A DNA stretch of 64,000 nt from an uncultured cyanobacterium (GCA_963793425.1 CAWCAG010000005.1:1984001-2048000); one strand, 5' to 3'; shown: positions 1 through 9,540, counted from the stretch's first letter. Program-made: numbers and translations. The notes: generated by a model not told the origin, from the sequence alone.

Positions 1-877
1 GTTTGTTTAAGTTTATTGGGGTTTACAGTGCCATTAGTAACTTATTGCTGCAAATCAAGTGGGATGAGTTTGGTTCATGGGCAGAATGGGTTGGTGCTTT
101 AGGGCAAATTTTAATTGCTGTTTTGGCCGTTTATGTAGCTTGGCAGCAGTATGTGATTTCTAAAGATTTAACCATTCGCCAAAATACCATTACCCAACAA
201 CAAACCATTGATGCTTATTTCCAAGGTGTCTCGGATTTGGCCCTGAATGACGAAGGATTATTGGAAGATTGGCCCCAAGAAAGGGCGATCGCAGAAGGAA
301 GGACTGCAGCAATTTTAAGTGGTGTAGATTCTATGGGGAAAGCGAAGATTTTACGTTTTCTTTCCCAATCTAGGTTACTTACTCCTTTAATGCGCGATCG
401 CCATTTAGGAAGACCAATTTTGGATGGTCAAGGTGGTTACGCAGAAGATCGTAGTTATGGTATTCGGGTAATTAGTTTAGGAGTTGTTTTAGCCGGGGCT
501 GATCTGTCTAAAACAGATTTACGTTGGACAGATTTAAGCGAAGCAAATATGGTGCGTGCCAACTTGGCAGGTTGCGATCTAGTTAAAGCTAATCTCTGTC
601 GCACGGTATTATACGAGGCCAATTTAGCAGGGGCTGATGTTAAGGGGACACGCTTTTTTTACGGCTCTATTAAAAGCGCTACTCCTCGTAGTCGTACCTC
701 TGGCCCAATTATAAAACCGGAGCTTGCACAGGTACAGTAATAGAAAAAGCTAACCTCGCTGGGGTAAAAAGAATGAGTGCCGACCAACGCTATTATTGTT
801 GCGCTTGGGGAGGAGAAAAAACCAGGGCAACTATTCCTGGAGGTTGTGAGGGAATTCCTAATAAGTTGGGGAGATGA
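1..877 (+). CDS. Pentapeptide-repeat membrane protein, 5' end outside the window, apparent -1 frameshift at CCC 704-706
   Basis: A(D/N)Lxx repeats. Adding one C at 704-706 continues the frame as PNYKTGACTGTVIEKANLAG...YYCCAWGGEKTRATIPGGCEGIPNKLGR to TGA 875-877, a C-terminus I recognise for this cyanobacterial family. Confidence 0.8.
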
Positions 878-949
878 GAGGGGAAGTAATTAAGTAACAA
901 GTTAAGAACTTACTATTACTTGTTACCACTAGCAACTAGCCATTAGCCA

Positions 950-2239
950 TTAGCCATTATTAATTTCATTCCATTCTTCTGCCGCATCTTTAACTGCATC
1001 CTTGACAGTTTTCTTTTCTAACATTGCTGCTTGTAAGTTTTCGTAAATCAACTTTTGGAGGCTGTTGAGATTCTTCATTGCTGGTACTAAAACCTTGGCA
1101 TCATCAATTTGTTTAGCACTTACTTTGCGGGCATATTCCACAGAAGAAAGATTAGCTTCTTTTCCAGTTTGAGAAATATATTCTTCAATTCCTTCTTGGG
1201 TGGAAGGTAAAACGTTGGCTGCTTTAGCGAAGGCTAATTGGTTTTCTGTATTGGTGACAAAAGTTGCAAAATCTATAGCTTTTTTTGGTTTGCTAGTATC
1301 GCGGGGAATGACTAGATTCATCACTGCCACATTCTTTAAGCCAGTTTCTCCAGTGATTTGGGGTGCAGAAGCTGAAACAGCAGAAATTGCTGGGGCATTA
1401 TTAGCGATCGCCTTTAAAAATTCTGCACCGGAAGAAAGCAAGGCGGTTTCTCCTGCTTGATAAAGTTCAATGGCGTAGCGATGTCCTTGGGTGAGGACTT
1501 CTTTAGGTAAAAGTTCTTGTTGATAAAGGTCTACCCAATATTGAAAAGCAGCTAAACCTTCTGGGGTATCAAAAGCAGCATTCCCTTCTTCGTCTACTAG
1601 CTTAACCCCCATTTGTACTAAAGATTCTAAGACTTCACCAGAATCATCGGGTGCAAAAGTAGCAAAGAAAGCATATTTACCTGTTTTGTCTTTAATTTGC
1701 TTAGCAAACTCAGCTAATTCTTCGTAGGTAGCTGGGGGTTTACTAACCTCGGCTTTTTCTAACAATTCTTGGTTATAAATAGTAACTCTGGTAGTTAAAT
1801 ACCAAGGAAAACCAAAACTAATATCTTCAATAGTGCTAGCTTGCCAAATATTTTCTAAGTAACTTTGTTTCACCTCTGGAGAAATGGCTTCATCTAAGTT
1901 TAACCAGGCATCCCGTGTGGCTAATTGAGAAGCAAAATTAGGATTGAGGTTGACTACATCAGGGGCATTTTTAGCTGATACAGCAGTGAGAATTTTACTC
2001 TCCATAGCCGACCAAGGTACATCTATCCATTTGACCTTGGTTTGAGGATTTTCTGCTTCAAAATCAGCGATTAAACCGTCAAAGTATTCGGTAAACTCTG
2101 GCTGTAGTTGCATTGTCCAAAACTCAAGTTCCTGCCCTGTTGCTGAATTTGGGCCAGGGTTACAGCTTATTAACCAGCTTATTAATAATCCCAATAGCGC
2201 CCATAAGCCCAGACGAGGGAGGTTTCGGATTTTGCTCAT
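950..2239 (-). CDS. Sugar ABC transporter substrate-binding lipoprotein
   Basis: Lipobox-like LISC after a hydrophobic signal; SBP family 1 pattern (FWTMQL, APDVVNLN, FPWYLTT). Confidence 0.88.
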   Translation of the reverse strand: MSKIRNLPRLGLWALLGLLISWLISCNPGPNSATGQELEFWTMQLQPEFTEYFDGLIADFEAENPQTKVKWIDVPWSAMESKILTAVSAKNAPDVVNLNPNFASQLATRDAWLNLDEAISPEVKQSYLENIWQASTIEDISFGFPWYLTTRVTIYNQELLEKAEVSKPPATYEELAEFAKQIKDKTGKYAFFATFAPDDSGEVLESLVQMGVKLVDEEGNAAFDTPEGLAAFQYWVDLYQQELLPKEVLTQGHRYAIELYQAGETALLSSGAEFLKAIANNAPAISAVSASAPQITGETGLKNVAVMNLVIPRDTSKPKKAIDFATFVTNTENQLAFAKAANVLPSTQEGIEEYISQTGKEANLSSVEYARKVSAKQIDDAKVLVPAMKNLNSLQKLIYENLQAAMLEKKTVKDAVKDAAEEWNEINNG

Positions 2240-2410
2240 TTTTACTCAGATTAAGATGATCAATTATTTTAGTGGATATCCCAAAGCAACAGCATAGCCA
2301 TACTGTTCTAATAACATTATGACGTGCAAACAAAAGGACGTACAATAAGCAGCTATGTTGCCTAAATTCAAGTTAAAGGCAGCTTTTCAGTAAGAATATA
2401 GGTTGATTTT

Positions 2411-2668
2411 ATGAATTCTGATCGTCATCGTACCTACTGGCGGGCCAATATCGCTTTAATTAGAAACTTGTTAATAGTTTGGGCTTTAGTTTCTTTAGTG
2501 TTCGGTATTCTCCTCGTCCAACCCTTAAATAATATTCGCTTTTTTGGTGTACCTTTCGGTTTTTGGATCGCCCAACAAGGTTCAATTATTGTTTTTGTCG
2601 GGTTGATATTTATCTACGCTGTAAAAATGGATAAATTAGACCGCAAACATGACAACATTAAACATTAA
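2411..2668 (+). CDS. DUF4212 / solute:sodium symporter small subunit
   Basis: Two TM segments, YW..N and GFWIAQQGS motifs, directly upstream of an SSS permease. Confidence 0.9.
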   Translation: MNSDRHRTYWRANIALIRNLLIVWALVSLVFGILLVQPLNNIRFFGVPFGFWIAQQGSIIVFVGLIFIYAVKMDKLDRKHDNIKH

Positions 2669-2688
2669 ACATTTTATTGAAAATTATT

Positions 2689-4356
2689 ATGTCAGCAGTA
2701 GAAATTTGGACAACTTTATTTGTTGGTCTTTCTTTAATACTTTATGCCTATATTGGTTGGCGATCGCGGGTTAAGGATAGTAAAGGCTTTTTTGTGGCTG
2801 GGCAAAATGTCCCTGCCTTAGCTAATGGAGCAGCAACCGCAGCCGATTGGATGTCTGCGGCTTCATTTATTTCGATGGCGGGGTTAATCTCGTTTTTGGG
2901 TTACGATGGCTCAATTTATTTAATGGGTTGGACTGGGGGTTATGTCCTCTTAGCTTTGTTGCTAGCTCCCTATTTACGTAAGTTTGGTAAGTATACGGTT
3001 CCGGATTTTGTCGGCGATCGCTACTATTCTAATGGTGCTCGTTTAGTGGCGGTGGTGGCGGCGATTTTTGTTTCCCTAACCTATGTCGCAGGACAGATGC
3101 GAGGGGTGGGCATCGTCTTTAGCCGCTTTCTGCAAGTCCCTGTGGAAACTGGGGTTGTCATCGGCATGATCATTGTTGGTTTCTTTGCTGTGTTAGGAGG
3201 TATGAAGGGCATCACTTGGACTCAGGTGGCTCAATACTGCGTCTTAATTGTGGCTTACTTAATCCCAGCAATTGCTTTAGCTTGGATGCTTACAGGCAAT
3301 CCTGTCCCTCAATTAGCCTTTACTTTCAGCGACATCGCCGACAAACTCAATGCCGTTCAAACAGATTTAGGTTTTGCTGAATATACAGCCCCCTTTGCCA
3401 ACAAATCGATGTTGGATGTGTTGTTTATCACCATTGCTTTAATGGTAGGGACAGCGGGTTTGCCCCATGTGATTGTCCGTTTTTACACCGTCCCTGATGT
3501 ACGTGCCGCCAGGTTTTCGGCGGGTTGGGCTTTACTATTTATCGCCATTCTATACACCACTGCCCCAGCTTTGTCAATGTTCGCCCGCTATAACTTAATT
3601 CAATCTCTCCACGACAAGCCTGTAGAAGAGGTACAACAATTAGATTGGGCAACTAAATGGCAGGCGACGGAATTATTACAATTTGAGGATAAAAATGGTG
3701 ATGGACGTTATCAATTAACCCCGGATGAAACCAGCAATGAAATTATTATTGATCGGGATATTATTGTCCTTTCTACCCCAGAAATAGCTAAACTCGCCCC
3801 TTGGGTAATTGCCTTAGTTGCTGCCGGAGGTTTAGCGGCTGCCCTTTCTACGGCTTCGGGCTTATTACTGGTGATTTCTAGTTCCATCGCCCACGATATT
3901 TATTATCGTATTATTAACCCCGAAGCATCGGAAACAAAACGAGTTTTTGTCGGCAGAATTATGGTGGGTTTTGCTTTAGTTATTGCCGGGTATTTTGGCA
4001 TCAATCCCCCCGGTTTTGTCGGGCAGGTAGTCGCCTTTGCTTTTGGTTTAGCCGCAGCAAGTTTCTTTCCTGCTATTTTCCTGGGCATCTTTGATAAACG
4101 TACTAATTCTGAGGGTGCGATCGCCGGTATGATTATCGGTTTAGCTTTTACTACTTTTTATATTGTCGGTGTCAAATTCTTCAACATGGAACCCTGGTTT
4201 TTTGGTGTTTCAGCAGAAGGAATTGGCACTTTAGGAATGATGATTAATTTAATTGTCACCTTAATTGTTTCTCGCCTAACTCCACCGCCTCCCCAAGAAA
4301 TTCAAGACTTAGTAGAAGATTTGCGTACACCAGCAATCATTAACAAACAAGCATAA
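2689..4356 (+). CDS. actP: Cation/acetate symporter (ActP-like, sodium:solute symporter family)
   Basis: ATAADWMSAASF and GTAGLPHVIVRFYTVP motifs, many TM helices; start placed at ATG 2689. Confidence 0.85.
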   Translation: MSAVEIWTTLFVGLSLILYAYIGWRSRVKDSKGFFVAGQNVPALANGAATAADWMSAASFISMAGLISFLGYDGSIYLMGWTGGYVLLALLLAPYLRKFGKYTVPDFVGDRYYSNGARLVAVVAAIFVSLTYVAGQMRGVGIVFSRFLQVPVETGVVIGMIIVGFFAVLGGMKGITWTQVAQYCVLIVAYLIPAIALAWMLTGNPVPQLAFTFSDIADKLNAVQTDLGFAEYTAPFANKSMLDVLFITIALMVGTAGLPHVIVRFYTVPDVRAARFSAGWALLFIAILYTTAPALSMFARYNLIQSLHDKPVEEVQQLDWATKWQATELLQFEDKNGDGRYQLTPDETSNEIIIDRDIIVLSTPEIAKLAPWVIALVAAGGLAAALSTASGLLLVISSSIAHDIYYRIINPEASETKRVFVGRIMVGFALVIAGYFGINPPGFVGQVVAFAFGLAAASFFPAIFLGIFDKRTNSEGAIAGMIIGLAFTTFYIVGVKFFNMEPWFFGVSAEGIGTLGMMINLIVTLIVSRLTPPPPQEIQDLVEDLRTPAIINKQA

Positions 4357-4360
4357 TCTC

Positions 4361-4494
4361 GTAGGGTGGGCAAATAAACCGTGATCTTTGGGTAACTCAA
4401 TTACAAAATTGCTTTGCCCACCTAATAACTATGGTGGGCAAATAAACAATCATCTTGGGCATGACTAATAACGAAAGTATTTTGCCCACCCTAC
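4361..4494. repeat. Tandem pair of GTAG-family REP-like hairpins (GGTGGGCAAA...TTTGCCCACC)
   Basis: Two consecutive inverted-repeat units bounded by GTAGGGTGGGCA and TGCCCACCCTAC, between convergent genes. Confidence 0.75.
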
Positions 4495-4517
4495 TTTTTT
4501 TGTTGCTGAGTTTCTCG

Positions 4518-4754
4518 CTATTTTTGAAAGTTAGTGATAATTTCGCTAATTCCTTTAAGCAATACTCGGCAAAAGTAAGCTAAGGCGAGAATAGTTATTA
4601 TGGTAGAATCGCTGTTGAAATTTGGCAAATCAGCAGGAGTTTCTGTTAGTAAGTTGGGGTCTTGATTAGTTAAAGTGTTGGCAGTTTCTTCAGAGATGAA
4701 AGTGATTTCTCTGGTTTGGTTATAGTGAATGATTTCTGTTTGAGTTTGTAACAT
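4518..4754 (-). CDS. Small hypothetical protein with a C-terminal transmembrane helix
   Basis: 78-aa ORF, AAGGAG Shine-Dalgarno just upstream of the ATG, hydrophobic IITILALAYF segment near the C-terminus. Confidence 0.65.
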   Translation of the reverse strand: MLQTQTEIIHYNQTREITFISEETANTLTNQDPNLLTETPADLPNFNSDSTIITILALAYFCRVLLKGISEIITNFQK

Positions 4755-4838
4755 CTTTTTCTCCTTTATTTGCTAACTAGCTTAGAAATAAATTGTTAGT
4801 TTGACTAGTGAAATAAAGAGAGTTAAGCAGACGTAATC

Positions 4839-4901
4839 TAGCCAGATAGCCAGAGTTAGCCAGAGTCAGCCAGTCAGCCAGAGAATCAATTCTCTGGCTG
4901 A
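4839..4901. promoter_or_regulatory. AGCCAG direct-repeat array ending in a 13-bp inverted repeat; candidate operator
   Basis: Five AGCCAG copies; TCAGCCAGAGAAT-ca-ATTCTCTGGCTGA at 4874-4901; lies between divergent genes. Confidence 0.45.
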
Positions 4902-4908
4902 AATATTA

Positions 4909-5021
4909 AGTCCGTTTAAACGGACTGGTTATTTGTTTGATTTACAGAACTATTGTAGGTTGGGTTAGGCTACAAAATATCTAGAGAAAAACATGATAAC
5001 TTTGTCTTGCCGTAACCCAAC
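4909..5021. repeat. Short palindromic elements
   Basis: Perfect 18-bp palindrome AGTCCGTTTAAACGGACT (4909-4926) and a GTAG-led GTTGGGTTA...TAACCCAAC REP-like element (4955-5021). Confidence 0.6.
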
Positions 5022-5190
5022 AAAACCTCAAAGCAAAAAGCGAACTTTTTTTATCCTATCCTCACAGAAAATACCTCTAAGCAGAAGCAAGTAGAAGGAA
5101 AGAGAAACAAGGTGAAATGACCTTGCAAAGCTTGGTTAAGTAGCAAATAATATGCTTATTGAAACCAAAGTTATTTTTGCTTATAAAACC

Positions 5191-6036
5191 ATGACACTAT
5201 CAATTTATCTCGAACAGGAAGAAGCTTTCTTAGAAGCAATGGCGACTCGCTTCGGATTTCAAGGTAAGGCGAGAATTGTTTTTTTGCAACGCTTTCTTAT
5301 GGCTAATAACGATTTGAACAATCAAAACTTAGCGGAAATTGTTGCTACTGATTTAATTGTGGGGACAAAAAGCGGTGATGCGGCACGTATTTTTAAAGAT
5401 TATTTGAATAAAACTATTTGTCCGCAATTAGCTAAAGAGGGTTGTGATTTTGGTGAGGCGACAAAGGGGAAGTGGAAGATTGCCCAACATTGGTTACAAG
5501 GAGAAGTTTTTCCTCAATGGCAAGCAAAACAACCATCTCTTCCTGTGACAATTAAACAACTTTGGCATCGCTTAGTAGATTTGGCTAAGCCAGGTTTAAA
5601 TATGGGACCAGTTTTAGCGACAGATATTTTGAATATGTGGGGAGAATACGAAGACTGTGTACCCTTGGGGAGTTCTATTAAGTTTGTGGTAAACTTACCT
5701 AATCCAGGTTATTTAATCTTATTAGAACAAGCTACTTCCGGAGATATTTATTGTTTATCTCCTTCGTTTTTTGCGCCGCGACCAAAGTTTCCGGCAGGGA
5801 AAGTTTCTTTGCCGCAATCAGGGGTATCGCGAAAGGCATTTAGAATTACTGGCAACCCTGGTACAGAGAAAGTTGTGGCGGCGATTATGCCAGGAAAGCC
5901 AGCTTTGAGTTGGTTGTTGGAAGGGGAAAGGAAACCTTTAATAATTAGGGAAAGTCATCTACAAGATTTGTTGTTTTGTTTGCAAAAAGAAAAAGCAGCA
6001 AAGATTTTTTATACGGAATATACAGTTACAGCTTAG
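5191..6036 (+). CDS. N-terminal helical (possibly HTH-like) domain plus C-terminal DUF4384-like beta domain
   Basis: C-terminal pattern LGSSIKF..N....GYLILL....SGDIYCLSPS...G.E.V.A matches DUF4384; start placed at ATG 5191. Confidence 0.7.
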   Translation: MTLSIYLEQEEAFLEAMATRFGFQGKARIVFLQRFLMANNDLNNQNLAEIVATDLIVGTKSGDAARIFKDYLNKTICPQLAKEGCDFGEATKGKWKIAQHWLQGEVFPQWQAKQPSLPVTIKQLWHRLVDLAKPGLNMGPVLATDILNMWGEYEDCVPLGSSIKFVVNLPNPGYLILLEQATSGDIYCLSPSFFAPRPKFPAGKVSLPQSGVSRKAFRITGNPGTEKVVAAIMPGKPALSWLLEGERKPLIIRESHLQDLLFCLQKEKAAKIFYTEYTVTA

Positions 6037-6106
6037 TTTTTCTAGGGCAGGTAACTAATTTTGTTTGTGTTGAAGTACTAATTATTTTAAATCAGAGATT
6101 AAAGTT

Positions 6107-9100
6107 ATGAGTGAACGGGAAATAAATGAGCAACGCTACCAAGAATATCTGCAATTGATTGGTGAATTGTTGCAATGTGATGATGGTAAAGAAAGTGAAA
6201 TCTTGGAAGCGAATCAAGATTTATTGGATGCAGATTTTTTAACTGTAGTAGAACAGGTTGCCAATTATTTAACGAAAGAAGGAAAGGAAAATAATGCTAA
6301 CTGGTTGCGTAACTTTGCTGCAAAATTGAGAGGAGAGACAGAAACTAATCCTTGGGAAGAGTTAAATCAACAGGTATTACGACTCTATCAACAAGGACAA
6401 TACAACGCCGCTATACCTTTAGCAGAACAAGCACTCGACTTAGCTAAACAAACTTGGGGAGAAAACCATCCTGATGTAGCTACTAGCCTCAATAATTTAG
6501 CCTGGTTATACAAATCTCAAGGAAGATGGAGTGAAGCAGAACCTCTTTACCTGAATGCTTTACAACTAAGGAAAAAACTATTAGGAGAAAACCATCCTGA
6601 TGTAGCTACTAGCCTCAATAATCTAGCCTTGTTGTACGAATCCCAAGGAAGATGGAGTGAAGCAGAACCTCTTTACCTGAATGCTTTACAACTAAGGAAA
6701 AAACTATTAGGAGAGAACCATCCTGATGTAGCTACTAGCCTGAATAACTTAGCTGGCTTGTACAAATCCCAAGGAAGATGGAGTGAAGCAGAACCTCTTT
6801 ACCTGAATGCTTTACAACTAAGGAAAAAACTATTAGGAGAGAACCATCCTGATGTAGCTACTAGCCTGAATAATTTAGCTGGCTTGTACAAATCCCAAGG
6901 AAGATGGAGTGAAGCAGAACCTCTTTACCTGAATGCTTTACAACTAAGGAAAAAACTATTAGGAGAGAACCATCCTGATGTAGCTACTAGCCTCAATAAC
7001 TTAGCTGGCTTGTACAAATCCCAAGGAAGATGGAGTGAAGCAGAACCTCTTTACCTGAATGCTTTACAACTAAGGAAAAAACTATTAGGAGAGAACCATC
7101 CTGATGTAGCTACTAGCCTCAATAATCTAGCTGGTTGTACAAATCCCAAGGAAGATGGAGTGAAGCAGAACCTCTTTACCTGAATGCTTTACAACTAAGG
7201 AAAAAACTATTAGGAGAGAACCATCCTGATGTAGCTACTAGCCTCAATAATTTAGCAATTTTGTATGCAGCCAGCGATCAGACTAAAAAAGCTTTCTCTT
7301 TAATGCAACAAGCAACCACCATAGAAAATAAGCTTATTAGTAACCTCTTCGCTGCTAGTTCCCAACAAACCCGTTTTGCTTACTTAAAAACAGTTAGAGG
7401 TAATTTTGAAGCTTTTCTCTCCCTGATCCTCAACCACTTAGCAGACAACAACGAAGCAGTAACCGCCGCCTTTAACTTAGTCTTGCAACGCAAATCTCTC
7501 ACTGCTGCTGCCTTAACTGCCCAAAACCAAGCCCTTTATAGTGGACGCTATCCCCATTTACAAAAGGAATTTAGCGAATTGCGTCGTTTAAGTGATGAAA
7601 TTGTCCAGTTGACTTTCGCGACTCCAGCAGAACAAAGCCATAACCAAACTAACTTAGTAGAGTTGCAACAGCAATACAATGAATTAGAAAGGCAACTAGC
7701 AACCCAAGTACCAGAAATTGCTTTGCAGGAACAAACCGTTAACCATGAAACTGTTCGGACTATTTTGCCCAGGGGAACTAGTTTAATTGAGTTTGTTTGT
7801 TTTAAAATCTTTGACTTTAAAGCCCCTGCTAAGGAAGAATGGCAACCTGCCCGCTACGTTGCTTTTATTGTTTCTGGTGGTAGCAAAACAATAGGCTTAG
7901 TAGATTTAGGAGTTGCTACAGAGATCGATAATTTAATTCAAACCTGTCGTCAATCTGTTGCTGTGGGGGGCAGGGTTTTAGAGATGTGGGATGAAGAAGC
8001 AACGGCAACATTTCCCTTCCGAATCTACAATCCCTCTACAGCAAAGGAACTCAGCCAAAAAATCTTTGCCCCCTTGGTTTTAGAATTAAAAGGACAAACT
8101 CAATTAATTTTTGCCCCCGACGGTGCTTTAAACTTGCTGCCCTGGCAAATTATGCCCCATCCTACTAACCCAGAAACCCTGTTGTTAGACAATTACCAAA
8201 TTAGCTATCTTAGTTGTGGGCGAGATTTGTTGCGATCGCAACTTAAAACAGAACGTCCCGTAGCCCAACCTCTAATCCTCGCCGATCCTGACTTTGACCT
8301 CGATAACTCCAACCCTGACAAAACTCCTGCCACCAGCTTGCTAGATAGCTTAGATGGAGTTTTTGCCCCTGCCCCCGGCACTCGCTATTTAGGGGAAAAG
8401 GTAGCGACGATGTTGGGAGTTAAACCTTGTTTAGGTAAGGATGCTGTAGCAACTCTGCTGACTAATCATAAAGCCCCTCGCATTTTACTGATTGCGACTC
8501 ATGGCTATTTTTCAGGGCTTAAACAGGTTGGGCATTATTGGCAGTTAATTATGGCTTTGTTAACTTCTCCCGACAAGGCAGATAGGATTTTAAAAAGTAA
8601 CCAAAACTTGTTAGATCAAGAGTTACTTACGCAAATGGCAGAAGCAGTAACTTTGCTTCAAGAAAGAGAACAAGAAAATGCTGCTCAATACCTAAGAAGT
8701 ATAACTGTCGCAATTACCGAACTACTGCAAAAATTACCTGAAGACAGACTCTCCAACGCCCCAGCAGAAAACCCGATGTTACGTTCTGGATTAGCTTTAG
8801 CGGGGGCGAACGCTTGGTTAAAGGGGCAACAACTTCCCCCACAAGTAGGTAAAGGTTTCCTCTTCGCCCAAGAGGTTGCGGGGTTGGATCTTTGGGGGAA
8901 TGAAATCACGGTACTTTCTGCTTGCAATACGGCTATGGGAGATATTCAAGTTGGGGAAGGAGTTTTCGGCTTGCGTCGTGCCTTCGCGGTTGCGGGGGCG
9001 AAGACTTTAATTATGAGTTTGTGGCCCGTTCCCGACAAAGCAACTGCCCTGTTAATGGAACAGTTTTTCAGCAATCTACAAGCAGGTTTAGGGAAAGGGG

Positions 9101-9297
9101 AGGCGTTACAAACCGCCCAAAACTACATCCGCAACATCACTGTTAAGGAGTTGCATCAGTCGGAGTTAGGGAAAGAGGTTTTAGAAGAGTTGTTGCAACA
9201 CAAAAAAGATGAGGTTAAGTACCAAGAAGATGATCTGCCCTTAAATCATCCTTTTTACTGGGGGGCTTGGGTTTGTCAAGGAGAGTATCAGATTTAG
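6107..9297 (+). CDS. TPR-CHAT caspase-like protease, split by a 1-bp deletion at about 7131-7135
   Basis: 42-aa TPR repeats (HPDVATSLNNLA); CHAT motifs APDGALNLLPW, ATHG (His 8500-8502), LSAC (Cys 8923-8925), SLWPVPD, HPFYWGAW; ORFs 6107-7183 and 7135-9297 join within repeat 6. Confidence 0.88.
6458..7257 (+). repeat. 126-bp near-identical tandem repeats encoding TPR units (6 full units plus 1 partial)
   Basis: Units start at 6458, 6584, 6710, 6836, 6962, 7088 and 7213. Confidence 0.95.
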
Positions 9298-9485
9298 AGG
9301 CCAGGTAAGGCAAAGTTAATTTCCAAAGTTGTTTTTATGGCGATCGCAACATAGAGATGGGGAAGCTGGTTTGAAAACTCTCTGGCGAGGACTTTCTACC
9401 TTCTATCATCTACTCGAAGGAGTAAACCTTGCTTCCACATCTTAGTCTGGGCATACTTTTCTCCTACTTTGCCTTATAGACATCT
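9298..9485 (+). ncRNA. ssrS: Probable 6S RNA (ssrS/ssaA); ends approximate, strand less certain
   Basis: About 185 nt: closing stem 9306-9316/9466-9476, central bubble, inner stem 9356-9372/9424-9441, two terminal hairpins (9373-9396, 9399-9420); resembles cyanobacterial 6S RNA as I recall it. Confidence 0.7.
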
Positions 9486-9503
9486 TCGGAAAAGAGGGTT
9501 GAC

Positions 9504-9540
9504 TAATCTGCGGTAATTGAAAAGCAATCGCCGCAGATTA
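9504..9540. terminator. Hairpin between the 6S-like RNA and acnB
   Basis: TAATCTGCGG...CCGCAGATTA inverted repeat. Confidence 0.55.

Noticed and set aside
6458..7257. Regular repeats as a CRISPR array or a DGR template/variable pair
   Set aside because: They are contiguous coding 126-bp units with no spacers; there is no cas or reverse transcriptase gene, and the differences are not adenine-specific.
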